From an uncultured bacterium (GTDB taxonomy: Bacteria; Patescibacteriota; Microgenomatia; Levybacterales; UBA12049), in the NCBI GenBank assembly GCA_963826535.1, contig CAWGXL010000001.1, forward strand, positions 78,336 through 142,335: a DNA stretch of 64,000 nt. Direction: 5' to 3'. Below, one piece after another: positions 54,642-64,000 of this stretch (the stretch's first letter is position 1; the number at the start of each line of letters is the position of its first letter). The notes below the pieces were generated by a model. It searched no databases. It worked only from the letters and a program-made list of their open reading frames with translations, and was not told the origin of the DNA. The translations under genes were made by a program, and so were the position numbers.

Positions 54642-56345
54642 TTAACGAGGATTCTGAATCCTTGAATAAACCTGTGTTCCGCCTTTGTAGACTCTTTCTA
54701 TTGTACCTTCTAGCTCTGCTATCTTATCCGCATTATATGTAACATCAGATTCTCCCTCAGCAAGCTTTCTAAGAAGTGAAGGATTGGCAACAATAATATC
54801 CGCCTTATGTCCTGCCTTCATCAAACCTCTTTCATCCCCCTCAAATTGCGCAGTAGTAACCGTGGATGCCAACAGTGCTTGTGTTAAAGATAAACGCTGT
54901 TGCTCCTCAGGGGCATGAGTCGCAAGATATATAGCATAAAGCATGCTATCACTCATTCCTGCTTCACCGTCAGTCCCAAACATCATGGGAATTCCCGCAT
55001 TCACAATCTCCTGATGCGGACAAATCCAGCGTGTCCTATCGCCCAACCGGTCTTTATAAACATAATCCAATAAGAAATTGGGCTGGGGTACCACCCAGAT
55101 ACCCAAATCTTTAACTCTTCTTAATGTTTTCTCAATTGGCAACGGTAATTCAAAATGTTCAATTCTAAATCTTATAGGATCAATTTCACCGCTACGCCCC
55201 TTTTCAATCCATTTCTGCGCAACATTTAGAGACCGTTGAATACCTGCATCGCCAATTGCATGAATTGCCACATTAGACAGTCCATGTTCACGGGCAAGCT
55301 TTATGCCCTCATTCATTTGCCTGACTGTATCATAAAAAATTCCATGACCGCTTTTACCCCCATGTTGATGATCTTCGTATTCCTCGCTCATCTTAGCTGT
55401 ATGAGAACCAAAACTGCCATCAGCAAGAAGTTTAATTCCCGCTATCTGGGGAAATTCTGTTTGATCTAATAATCCCGCCCTCTCTAGTGAAGGCATTAAC
55501 TTTCCTATTTCTACTAACTGTTCCGGCCGCAAATGAAATCGGGTTACAGGAAATTCTAATCCTTTTTCTCCCCATCTTTTTCTACTTCTAAGTGCTGCGA
55601 TAAACTGATTATTTGTTAAAGCTAGTAAGTCATGCATTGACGTAATGCCTTGTGTTAGATACCCCTCGACTTGTGTATCAATTGCCTGCTCAATATTTTC
55701 TATAGAGTATGCAGCCTCGGCAACCTCTATCGCTTTTATGGCATATCCTTCAGAAAAAGTCCCGTCTCTCTTAAAACTACCGGCTGGCTTTTGACTCGAT
55801 TGTTTGGCAAGAATACGCAATTTTTCGCCCATTCTATTAGATATAACCCCTGCATGAAATGAATTGTCAAAAACCAACACATCTCTATTAGGAGCAATCC
55901 TCTCCAAATCAACATTAGTAAGGTCTTTCACCTTGGTTGTATCAAGCCCTATCAAAACTAGAGGTTTTGTTGGGTCTTCTTTCTCTTTAGCCATTCGCCC
56001 AAGTTTTCTAAGCACATCGGCTTTTTCCATACGCGAAACATCACCTGTTCCGACCAACTTTAGGAATGCGAAATCTAACGGATGTTGGTGAGCATCAGTT
56101 AGTCCTGCAAGTACAGCACCGCCTTCGACTCGCTCTCCAACCATATTTCCTTTCTCTTTCCTTTCCGCGTCAAGCCAATCCCGTACATCATCCGGAGGAC
56201 CTACCTTTACAATCCTTCTAATTCTGGGGTCAACCACAACCTGCGTTTCCCGAAGCATCTCACCACCCGAAACAACCGTTTCAGGTGCAAGAAGGGTGAA
56301 ACCTCTATCTCTGCTGGAAATTCCTTGGGATTCTTCTGCACTCAT
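54642..56345 (-). CDS. metal-dependent amidohydrolase (Amidohydro_3-type TIM-barrel hydrolase)
   Basis: GLTDAHQHP metal-binding start, HAIGD and C-terminal FGTDGEAG motifs; 567 aa. Confidence 0.75.
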   Translation of the reverse strand: MSAEESQGISSRDRGFTLLAPETVVSGGEMLRETQVVVDPRIRRIVKVGPPDDVRDWLDAERKEKGNMVGERVEGGAVLAGLTDAHQHPLDFAFLKLVGTGDVSRMEKADVLRKLGRMAKEKEDPTKPLVLIGLDTTKVKDLTNVDLERIAPNRDVLVFDNSFHAGVISNRMGEKLRILAKQSSQKPAGSFKRDGTFSEGYAIKAIEVAEAAYSIENIEQAIDTQVEGYLTQGITSMHDLLALTNNQFIAALRSRKRWGEKGLEFPVTRFHLRPEQLVEIGKLMPSLERAGLLDQTEFPQIAGIKLLADGSFGSHTAKMSEEYEDHQHGGKSGHGIFYDTVRQMNEGIKLAREHGLSNVAIHAIGDAGIQRSLNVAQKWIEKGRSGEIDPIRFRIEHFELPLPIEKTLRRVKDLGIWVVPQPNFLLDYVYKDRLGDRTRWICPHQEIVNAGIPMMFGTDGEAGMSDSMLYAIYLATHAPEEQQRLSLTQALLASTVTTAQFEGDERGLMKAGHKADIIVANPSLLRKLAEGESDVTYNADKIAELEGTIERVYKGGTQVYSRIQNPR

Positions 56346-56350
56346 AATAT

Positions 56351-57310
56351 TTATTTCACATCTATTTTAAGAAGATAGGTGATTAGTGCCATATTGCAAT
56401 ATACCATATCCTCCATAATAGCTTTACCAATCATTCTTGAGTCACTATCTGTCTCTTTAAGAGCAACTAACCGGCCATCAGTTGTCGCGCGCGGTTCACC
56501 GACCAATATCATCGCGTCTTTCCGGACACGAGCCAGTTTTTTATTTGAGAAAGGAACGAATTTTTTATTGAAAGCGTCGACCAGCTTAGGATCTTCTCCT
56601 GATTGCGGAAGCCCTTCTATAATCCACAAGAGGTCAACTTTATCAATGAAATTCTCCAATTTTTCCTGCTTGTAAGTTGAACCGTTTGCCACGACCGTTT
56701 TTCGGATATGATCGGGAAGTTTGAATTCCGGAATTACCGAATCCTCAAAGAATTCTACACCAAACCGGCTCATAACTTTCACGCCGGCTTTTGCCGGGCG
56801 GGATGACTTGCTCATACCAAATAATCCTACCTTGAGACCCTTTAGAGTTCCGCGCTTTTTTATAACTATATTACTGAAAACAATGCCTCCTATAGAGTGC
56901 TCTTCGCCCCCGCACATCGCGTTGATCAAGGGAACCCGGAAACCTTTTTTTGCGAAATCGGTAAGATCCAATTCTTTATGCCGCACCGCCATGACATCGC
57001 ATAAAGGCGCGACTCCATGCAGGGTATCAGATAGATCTTCCTCCCCGGTTTCCAAATACGTTCCTTTAATTCCCGCGATTCCAAACCATCCTCCGCCCAA
57101 CCGTATTATCGCAGCTTGCAAACTTGTGGAAGTACGAGTGCTTTCTTGAAAAAACATCGTCGCGATAACTCTTCCAGGACATAAGTGGGTAAAATTCTTC
57201 CCTGCTTTTATTCCCTTCTCAAATATCGACGCCCTACGAAAAACCTCTTTATATTCCTTAGTGGTCAAATCCTCTGTTCTTGTAAAATGCTTCATATACT
57301 CAACTCTCAA
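56351..57310 (-). CDS. aspartate/ornithine carbamoyltransferase-family protein, divergent
   Basis: Carbamoyl-phosphate-binding STRT motif (FFQESTRTSTSLQAA), the R-H region (MAVRHKE) and an ATCase-like fold order; the HPxQ and HCLP motifs are degenerate. Confidence 0.6.
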   Translation of the reverse strand: MRVEYMKHFTRTEDLTTKEYKEVFRRASIFEKGIKAGKNFTHLCPGRVIATMFFQESTRTSTSLQAAIIRLGGGWFGIAGIKGTYLETGEEDLSDTLHGVAPLCDVMAVRHKELDLTDFAKKGFRVPLINAMCGGEEHSIGGIVFSNIVIKKRGTLKGLKVGLFGMSKSSRPAKAGVKVMSRFGVEFFEDSVIPEFKLPDHIRKTVVANGSTYKQEKLENFIDKVDLLWIIEGLPQSGEDPKLVDAFNKKFVPFSNKKLARVRKDAMILVGEPRATTDGRLVALKETDSDSRMIGKAIMEDMVYCNMALITYLLKIDVK

Positions 57311-57314
57311 TTAA

Positions 57315-58796
57315 TTAGTTTTTATTATACATCTCTTTAATAATTTTTACCACACCTTCATTCGCATCCACCTCCACCAAATCCCCATCCCTCAAAACTT
57401 TAGTAGCAATTTTCGTGCCCACTATGCAAGGTTTTCTTAACTCGCGGCTGACAATAGCCGCATGGGAAGTCAATCCTCCCGTGTCTGTAATCACCGCCAT
57501 TGATCTTTTCATAATAAATACATACTCGGGAGTGGTCATTGGAGCTACCAAAATACTATTCTCTCGGAAATGATCCGCGTCTTTTGGATCTAAGATTACC
57601 TGAACAAAACCGGTCAGCTTGGACACACTACCGCGACTTGCGACTACCCCTCTCAATTCAGTGATATTTTGACCGGCCTTTTCCTCCGAATAAAGACTCC
57701 AGTAATTTTCTGCTTGATCCAGCATAATTTCTGTCACAGCTCCATCAGCGCACAGGAAACCAAAAGCTCTTCTTCTGCGATCAAGAAGAGAAGTTACGTC
57801 TTGTTTCTTATTGATTATTCGTTCAATCTCTAATTCTCGAAGATTTAAAAGATCATCTTTCTTGTACTTATAGCGGCGGCAAACTTCGTTCAGCATCAGA
57901 TTCTTATAATGAAGATATATCCAAACTTCTCTCTTGCGTGCGTCTTGCCATTCAATTCCGGCCACAATCGCTGCGGCCATTGCCGTAATTCTTTGGGGAA
58001 GCTTATATTTCTCTGTCAGGGCAATTTTCCTCTCCTTTGTATGTGCTCGCTTCTCTTCAAATTCTGCTCTCGGAGATGCCCCTTGCTCTCTCTTTTTCCT
58101 GGAAAAGTAATCAACATCAACTATTTCCACTCCGTCGTAACTATTTTTCAACCAAAAATATTTTTTTTGGTGCCCTAGAATATCATTGGTTTCAGCCAAA
58201 TCTATTTCCTCCTCCTGATAAAAAGAAGGCTTTTCAGGTGCGGTCAACACTTCCATCATATGCTGCCGCTCCTTATCATTGGAAGTGAAAGCTTTCAATT
58301 CTTCCTCCAGAATAGGCAAAGAGCCATAATTTCCGAGCTCCGGCACTGTCACATATATCCAGAAGTTAATAGTCAGTACATGAAAACTATGCCAGAGACG
58401 TGCGAATTCCGTTTGAGTTAGTTGGGGTAAATGTAATCGTTCAATCTTCTGTTCGGCCCTATGTAATTTCTTCAGATGTTGAATATAATTTCTATACAAT
58501 CCTCTGCGTTTCTTGGTTGGAAGCATATATTTCAGGAACACGCTCCCGCCGTATCGATGCATATCCCGCCATTCGTTCACAAAGACCATACGCTTATCCC
58601 GATAAAGCGCCAGACCTTTCGGCCATTTCTCACCCTTAAATGCCTTCTGGAAATAATTTCGGTTGAAAATCCCCTCAAGAAAGTCGGCCGTAAAAAATAT
58701 CCGTATCGGGGCAGGCCCCCAACGAAAGAGTTCGGCATTAGGGTCGAGTGGAAAATTCTGTTGTTTCATCTTCATATTTTTATGTACATTATTCAT
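57315..58796 (-). CDS. stand-alone PEP-utilizing-enzyme mobile-domain protein (module paralog)
   Basis: C-terminal ...GVVASRGSVSKLTGFVQVIL...VAPMTTPEYVFIMKRSMAVITDTGGLTSHAAIVSRELRKPCIVGTKIATKVLRDGDLVEVDANEGVVKII; N-domain KKYFWLKNSY motif as in the giant protein modules. Confidence 0.75.
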   Translation of the reverse strand: MNNVHKNMKMKQQNFPLDPNAELFRWGPAPIRIFFTADFLEGIFNRNYFQKAFKGEKWPKGLALYRDKRMVFVNEWRDMHRYGGSVFLKYMLPTKKRRGLYRNYIQHLKKLHRAEQKIERLHLPQLTQTEFARLWHSFHVLTINFWIYVTVPELGNYGSLPILEEELKAFTSNDKERQHMMEVLTAPEKPSFYQEEEIDLAETNDILGHQKKYFWLKNSYDGVEIVDVDYFSRKKREQGASPRAEFEEKRAHTKERKIALTEKYKLPQRITAMAAAIVAGIEWQDARKREVWIYLHYKNLMLNEVCRRYKYKKDDLLNLRELEIERIINKKQDVTSLLDRRRRAFGFLCADGAVTEIMLDQAENYWSLYSEEKAGQNITELRGVVASRGSVSKLTGFVQVILDPKDADHFRENSILVAPMTTPEYVFIMKRSMAVITDTGGLTSHAAIVSRELRKPCIVGTKIATKVLRDGDLVEVDANEGVVKIIKEMYNKN

Positions 58797-58800
58797 CTTG

Positions 58801-61800
58801 CTACAGTATTTTCACCACCCCATGATTCCCTTTTACCTCAACCAAATCCCCATCCTTCAAAACTTTTGTTGCATTTCGTGTCCCTATCACGCAAGGCTTG
58901 CCCATCTCCCGGGCGATAATAGCTGCATGACATGTAATGCCGCCCTCATCAGTCACAAACGCAGCCGCCTTTTTCATAGCCGGCATATACTCTGGCCGCG
59001 TCATCGAAGTAACAAGAATATCTCCTTCTTCGACTTTTGCAAGCGAATTTACAGAGAGACATACTTTCACTCTCCCCACCACATTTCCTAGCGAAGCTGC
59101 CTCTCCATGAAGATCCCCCTGTGTTTTCACTTGCTTTTGTGCAAACATTGGCGCTAGCTGCTCATACAACGCCCCGCTAGCCACATCAACCCGTCCCTTA
59201 GTTTTAAGGTAAAGCCCGCCCTTTCTTCTCTCCGCGAGTATTGGCGCAAGCGCTTTGATCGCAGCCATATTTTGATTTAATTCAAATGGTGTAAGATATC
59301 GTAGTAAATTTATAGAAATATTAACCCTCCTGGAAAGCTCTTCCAATAACAGGTCTAGCCACTCTATAGCCATCAGAATATTCTTTTTCCGCTCGTCCTG
59401 CCAGAGGGTCAAAAACTCAAGCGCCTCAAGCTGCACACCCAGTTCTTTTGGTAGTCCAAGTTTTTTAAGCAGCAAACCTTTCTGCTTCAGCAGATTAGTA
59501 TTGATAGATTTTTCATGTTTAATTTCATTTGCTTCTTTTAAAACATCATCGTATGTAAGAGGTTTTCTTCCCAAATATGAATTACGAAGCCAATAATAAT
59601 TTTTCAAATAATTTTTAATTAGAATATCAGGATCTTTGGCAGATGCAATCCTAACCAAATCATCATATGCCTCTTGCGCGAATGATTTTGCTAGGGGAGT
59701 AGTGAGAAGTACAAATGCCGCGTTTAGTTTCTTGGAATCTTCAATGTATTTCCTAAGCTCTGCTTTAATTTTTTTATCCGCGACAAGTACAAAAGGCTCA
59801 ATTATGTGGCTTATACAAACGCTATCACTCATTGCCCTCGAGCTTTCTCGCAAGAGGCTTAGAAACTCGCCATCACTCAAGGGAATTAATGCTGTTTTTT
59901 GAATTTTTGTAAATAATCGCTGCGATTTTTGCATAATGAGCTCATGCTTTTTCTTTATGCCCACAAAATAATTAGGGTTTTGTTTAAGTTTCGCCAAAAG
60001 TTCATTAGCCATTCGTTTCAGATCTGCCATTCTATATAACATATACCCGTAATCGTCTTTTATATCAAACACGAAACACGTATACGCTATTCCTGCAAAA
60101 TCAGCTGCTGAGAGAATAAGAAGTGGAGTCACGTTCAACCCCTGCGGATACCACCGTTCGGCAGACAACACTTTCATAGTCCGAACTATTTCTTCATTAC
60201 CCGAACCTTTCTTGCGCGCGTCACTCGCCCTCTCCAAAACCCTCACAGCCCCCGCATCCGCATCCACTTCCACCAAATCCCCATCTTTCAAAACCTGAGT
60301 CGCGATCTTCGTGCCAATAATACAAGGCTTTCTCATTTCGCGGGCAATAATGGCTGCGTGACTTATCACACCCCCTTCGTCAGTTACAAAAGCAGCCGCT
60401 TTTTCCATAGCTGCTGTAAAATTGGGCGTCGTCATAGTCGCAACAAGAATATCACCCTTTCCAACCCGCATACTGTCCTCATTTGTCAAAACGATTTTTG
60501 CCAGACCGCGCACAACCCCTTTGCATGCCACCAAACCGGTAATCTCATTGACAGATTTTTTGCTCCTGTTAAAAACACTCCGTTTTTGTACATACCTACG
60601 CGCATCTTCTCCCGCCACCAAGATTACTTTTTCACCAAAATAAATTAGTGACTCTTTTTTTCTATCTCCGAGCTTGCTCTGAATATCAAACTTACCGTGC
60701 AGTGCATCCCTAACCTCAAGCGGCGAAAAGTAGAGCAAATCATGGTATGATACCCCAAGATGTCTTGCCGCAGATACTAGAAATGGTTTGAAGATTGCCG
60801 ATGCATGATTGAAAAAATCTGCCCGTTCAGTTCGAAGAAAAACAATAGTTCGGATCTGCTTGGCCAACATTCTTTCTTCATTCGTAAATCGTTTTATAAG
60901 TTGGCCTATTCTCCTTTCTCTTTCATGTCGTCTTTTACTTCTTTCAGTAAACGCTTGTAGGGCTTTATCTCGTGCCTGGCTTTCAAGCCGCTGGAGCACA
61001 TCTTCCTTACTCCACCAATCTCCTATAAAAAAACGGATTGCCAACCAACCGTATTTATCTGCATGTTTCGCTGCAAGCCTCTGCTTTTCCTTCTCGGTTT
61101 TAAATTTGTGAATCGCCAGTTTCAAAAAATCTTCTTGTTCTTTGTCTGTAGCCGTTAATTGATTCGGATTTGTAAGTAATTCCAAAACGATATTTTTTTC
61201 TTCCTCGCTCTTAGAATATTTTTCAGCTAATTCTCTTGTAATTTCCATTTCCGGTTTCTCAAAAAACGCGATAGAATAATAAACGCAGTAATCTTTCGCC
61301 TGTTCATAAAATTTTGCGATTACTTCACCTGAAACCCTTTTTTCTAAATCCCCTGAGAAACTTTTTCTCAAATCCCCTGCGAACTTAACCAAGTTATTGC
61401 CGGAAATTATACAGTCCGTTAGAATAGTATTAATATAATCAATATTCTCGCGCTTAATTTTTTCTTTTACGCGTGCGGTAAAATCATCAATATCCGATTT
61501 AACATTGAAAAAATCGTAATTATGTTTTTCAGAATCAGAGGTACGTACAAACCACCTGACAGGCTTATTCAGCTTGAATTTCTTTATAAGACCCGCTTCA
61601 TCAATTAATCCGCCTACAACAATAGCCGAAGCAAAATAAGGCTCAATTCTCTGACCGAAATAAACAATATCTTCATTTTTCACATCTGGAATCTCATTCA
61701 ATACCTTTGCGCCAGCCTCACCACCGTCAGCCCTCTCCAGTAACCTCACCACACCTTCGTCAGCATCCACTTCCACCAAATCACCGTCATGCAAAACCTT

Positions 61801-64000
61801 TGTAGCAATCTTTGTGCCGAGGATACATGGAATACCAAGCTCTCTCGAAACAATGGCTGCATGGGAAGTAAGCCCTCCTTCATCTGTCACAAAAGCCCCC
61901 GCTATCTTCATAGCCGGAGTCATTTCCGGACGCGTCATTGATGAAACGAGAACATCCCCGGAGGATACTTTACCTATGTCATTACTTTTCAAGACAATCT
62001 TCACTCTTCCTTGCATCTTTCCTGTTTGCGCTACAATTCCACTAAATGTTTCCACTACTTTCACATCTTCCTGGAGATGATTATAGAAAAAATATGCTCC
62101 GTCGCCGGAAAGAATAACCTTTTCCTCTTTACTTTCCACCGCGACTATCATCTTTTTGCGCTTTTCAATTTCTTGCTCTGACAAAAAAGTATGAGTCTTT
62201 ATTGCTTTAGATATTTCTCCCCAAGAGTAGAACCAAAGATGCGATAATGGCTCCCTAAACTTTTGACTCACCTTTTCTAAGAAAAGCTTATGATAATGAT
62301 TTGCGCGAAGAACAAATGCTTTTCGCACGTCCTGCATTTCTGCAAACTTCTCTACAATTCCTATATATTCTTTCAGTAATAACGACGGATGATATTTTTT
62401 AAACAAATCTTCTTTTTTTCGCTTAGTGTTCTCTGGGGCAGTTTCAAGTTCATATACTTTTACTTTTATTTCAGCTTCCGGCAACCTTGCGGTTTTAAAC
62501 ACTTTCTCCCTGAAGAAATCTTCGTCAAGCACTTGAATGTCAGCATAGTTATTCTGTATCCAAAACCACTTTTGTTGATGCTTCAGAAGTAGTTTATCAA
62601 AATGAGATGTTTTAGATTGAATCGCTAGATCCAAGCGATCAATTTCCTCTTGAGTAATAAATGAATGCACAACCGGCGAAGTAAGCAGCGCTGCTGTTGC
62701 ATTATAATCCAGGCCATATTTTTTCACATACGCTTCAAGCTCAGGTGTGATCCACTGTTCCGGCTGAAAGCCGCATGCTTCCTGTATGGCACAAGCCAGC
62801 GCATACTCAAAAATATATTCTTCCACAAAATCCTGATAAGCGCTCAAAATGACTGGGAAATTATCCGCCGCAAGCGCAGACTCAAGTACGCTTATCTTTC
62901 CATTGAGCCGCTGACACGAATCCCGCCAGTCATGATAGTGTTTTTGAAGATAATTTTTATTTTTCTTGAGATTTGCAAAATAATGATTACGTAGCTTAGT
63001 AAATTCATCGGGCAGGTAGTAAATATCCCAATAATCATTTTGCAGAGCAGAAATGTGCAGTTTATAATAAAAACCGGAATAATCTCCCCACTTGTTCCAT
63101 AACAATTGAACAAAATCAGCTGGATAAAATGTTGCATGAAGACCCTTGTGAATTAATGGCGGATGAATATCATATTTTGCAATTAGATATCTTTCTATTT
63201 TTTGAGACGTAGTATCTGCATTCTCATGCGTATCCTTTTTAAGCGTCGTAATCGGCCTGCTCTGTGTGATATAAAACTTCCCTTTTTCAAAAGCCCACTC
63301 AATATCACAGGGAAATCCATAATGCTTTTCAATCTTCAAGATAAGCTCAGTCAGTTCAAGAATTTGCCCATCTGTGAGTTTTTGCTGGCTTCCTTTTTCA
63401 GGAAGAATAGATTGCCATTGGTTATTTGATTGTTTAGAGTTCTGGATTCCCGCCTCCGCGGGAATTACGGAAGAGGAACGATAAAGTCCTCGCTCTTGTG
63501 TCACAACATGTCTTTCAATAACTCTTCGAGGGTTTTTCTCGACCACATATGAGTCAGGTGTGATCTGTCCGGATACAATTGCCTCACCCAATCCGTACCC
63601 TGCCTCAATGATAAGCTGGTTTCGGTCTTCCGTAACCGGGTGAACTGAAAATGCAATGCCTGACTTTTCGCTTTGTATCATCTTTTGTACCACAACTGCA
63701 ACAGATATTTTCTGCGAGTGGAGTTGTTTTTCAAATCTATAAAAAATTGCCCGGGGTGTAAAAAGTGAAGCCCAGCATTTTTGTACATTGATAAGTAGAG
63801 TTTTATCTGTCGTGTTAAGAAAACTATCCAGTTGTCCGGCCCATGCCGCAGAACTTGAGTCTTCCGCTGTTGCAGAAGAACGAACAGCCACATATTCAGC
63901 TCCCAGTTTTCTAAATTCTTGTACTATCTCCCTTGCAATCTGATCCGGCATCTTTGCGCTTTGTATTAAAGCCTGGATTTTCTCAGATGCATATTCAACC
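58801..64000 (-). CDS. giant PEP-synthase/rifampin-phosphotransferase-like protein: ATP-grasp (PPDK_N) domain + three tandem [helical domain + phosphohistidine swivel domain] modules; 5' end beyond window
   Basis: N-terminal ...VAVRSSATAEDS...GFPCDIEWAFEKGKFYITQSRPIT (PPDK_N C-terminal signature). Three PEP-utilizers domains: DEGGLTSHAAIVSRELGIPCILGT, DEGGVISHAAIIAREMRKPCIIGT and DEGGITCHAAIIAREMGKPCVIGT, each followed by DGDLVEV. The frame stays open from the Met at 63951 to the window edge (…VEYASEKIQALIQSAK-M…). Confidence 0.8.
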   Translation of the reverse strand, partial: VEYASEKIQALIQSAKMPDQIAREIVQEFRKLGAEYVAVRSSATAEDSSSAAWAGQLDSFLNTTDKTLLINVQKCWASLFTPRAIFYRFEKQLHSQKISVAVVVQKMIQSEKSGIAFSVHPVTEDRNQLIIEAGYGLGEAIVSGQITPDSYVVEKNPRRVIERHVVTQERGLYRSSSVIPAEAGIQNSKQSNNQWQSILPEKGSQQKLTDGQILELTELILKIEKHYGFPCDIEWAFEKGKFYITQSRPITTLKKDTHENADTTSQKIERYLIAKYDIHPPLIHKGLHATFYPADFVQLLWNKWGDYSGFYYKLHISALQNDYWDIYYLPDEFTKLRNHYFANLKKNKNYLQKHYHDWRDSCQRLNGKISVLESALAADNFPVILSAYQDFVEEYIFEYALACAIQEACGFQPEQWITPELEAYVKKYGLDYNATAALLTSPVVHSFITQEEIDRLDLAIQSKTSHFDKLLLKHQQKWFWIQNNYADIQVLDEDFFREKVFKTARLPEAEIKVKVYELETAPENTKRKKEDLFKKYHPSLLLKEYIGIVEKFAEMQDVRKAFVLRANHYHKLFLEKVSQKFREPLSHLWFYSWGEISKAIKTHTFLSEQEIEKRKKMIVAVESKEEKVILSGDGAYFFYNHLQEDVKVVETFSGIVAQTGKMQGRVKIVLKSNDIGKVSSGDVLVSSMTRPEMTPAMKIAGAFVTDEGGLTSHAAIVSRELGIPCILGTKIATKVLHDGDLVEVDADEGVVRLLERADGGEAGAKVLNEIPDVKNEDIVYFGQRIEPYFASAIVVGGLIDEAGLIKKFKLNKPVRWFVRTSDSEKHNYDFFNVKSDIDDFTARVKEKIKRENIDYINTILTDCIISGNNLVKFAGDLRKSFSGDLEKRVSGEVIAKFYEQAKDYCVYYSIAFFEKPEMEITRELAEKYSKSEEEKNIVLELLTNPNQLTATDKEQEDFLKLAIHKFKTEKEKQRLAAKHADKYGWLAIRFFIGDWWSKEDVLQRLESQARDKALQAFTERSKRRHERERRIGQLIKRFTNEERMLAKQIRTIVFLRTERADFFNHASAIFKPFLVSAARHLGVSYHDLLYFSPLEVRDALHGKFDIQSKLGDRKKESLIYFGEKVILVAGEDARRYVQKRSVFNRSKKSVNEITGLVACKGVVRGLAKIVLTNEDSMRVGKGDILVATMTTPNFTAAMEKAAAFVTDEGGVISHAAIIAREMRKPCIIGTKIATQVLKDGDLVEVDADAGAVRVLERASDARKKGSGNEEIVRTMKVLSAERWYPQGLNVTPLLILSAADFAGIAYTCFVFDIKDDYGYMLYRMADLKRMANELLAKLKQNPNYFVGIKKKHELIMQKSQRLFTKIQKTALIPLSDGEFLSLLRESSRAMSDSVCISHIIEPFVLVADKKIKAELRKYIEDSKKLNAAFVLLTTPLAKSFAQEAYDDLVRIASAKDPDILIKNYLKNYYWLRNSYLGRKPLTYDDVLKEANEIKHEKSINTNLLKQKGLLLKKLGLPKELGVQLEALEFLTLWQDERKKNILMAIEWLDLLLEELSRRVNISINLLRYLTPFELNQNMAAIKALAPILAERRKGGLYLKTKGRVDVASGALYEQLAPMFAQKQVKTQGDLHGEAASLGNVVGRVKVCLSVNSLAKVEEGDILVTSMTRPEYMPAMKKAAAFVTDEGGITCHAAIIAREMGKPCVIGTRNATKVLKDGDLVEVKGNHGVVKIL

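Noticed and set aside
1-64000. Search for rRNA, CRISPR arrays, transposases, integrases and phage genes
   Set aside because: None recognised; mobile-like signals are limited to the two TA cassettes and the small palindromic repeats.

Overview
This is a low-GC, gene-dense bacterial chromosomal segment. Short pilins, truncated housekeeping proteins and overall streamlining suggest a CPR/Patescibacteria-like or other small-genome organism; that lineage guess is inference. Nearly all of the window is coding. Contents, left to right: (i) a PepSY/histidine-kinase/OmpR two-component unit; (ii) a large type IV pilus locus with six prepilin-like genes, a prepilin peptidase, a PilX-like gene and PilM/N/O; (iii) the rpsP/KH/trmD operon and a GAF histidine kinase; (iv) a secreted peptidoglycan amidase with a beta-propeller partner; (v) a tRNA-rich stretch (Val-TAC, Leu-GAG, Leu-CAG, Leu-TAG, Val-GAC) interleaved with an apparently archaeal-type pantoate kinase/phosphopantothenate synthetase pair, a cupin, a Crp-family regulator and a short trigger factor; (vi) thrS, infC, rpmI, rplT with a vapBC cassette inserted at the rplT 3' end, then pheST, class A PBP, tyrS, a DUF433/PIN-like pair, asnB with a long C-terminal extension, and recG; (vii) at the right end, a minus-strand cluster built around a giant PEP-synthase/rifampin-phosphotransferase-like protein (more than 1716 aa, running off the window) that carries one ATP-grasp domain and three tandem phosphohistidine swivel modules. 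Two further stand-alone swivel-module paralogs, a divergent carbamoyltransferase, an Amidohydro_3 hydrolase, an internally duplicated Cys-rich protein and a GAF-ANTAR regulator sit beside it. No rRNA, CRISPR array, transposase or integrase was seen.
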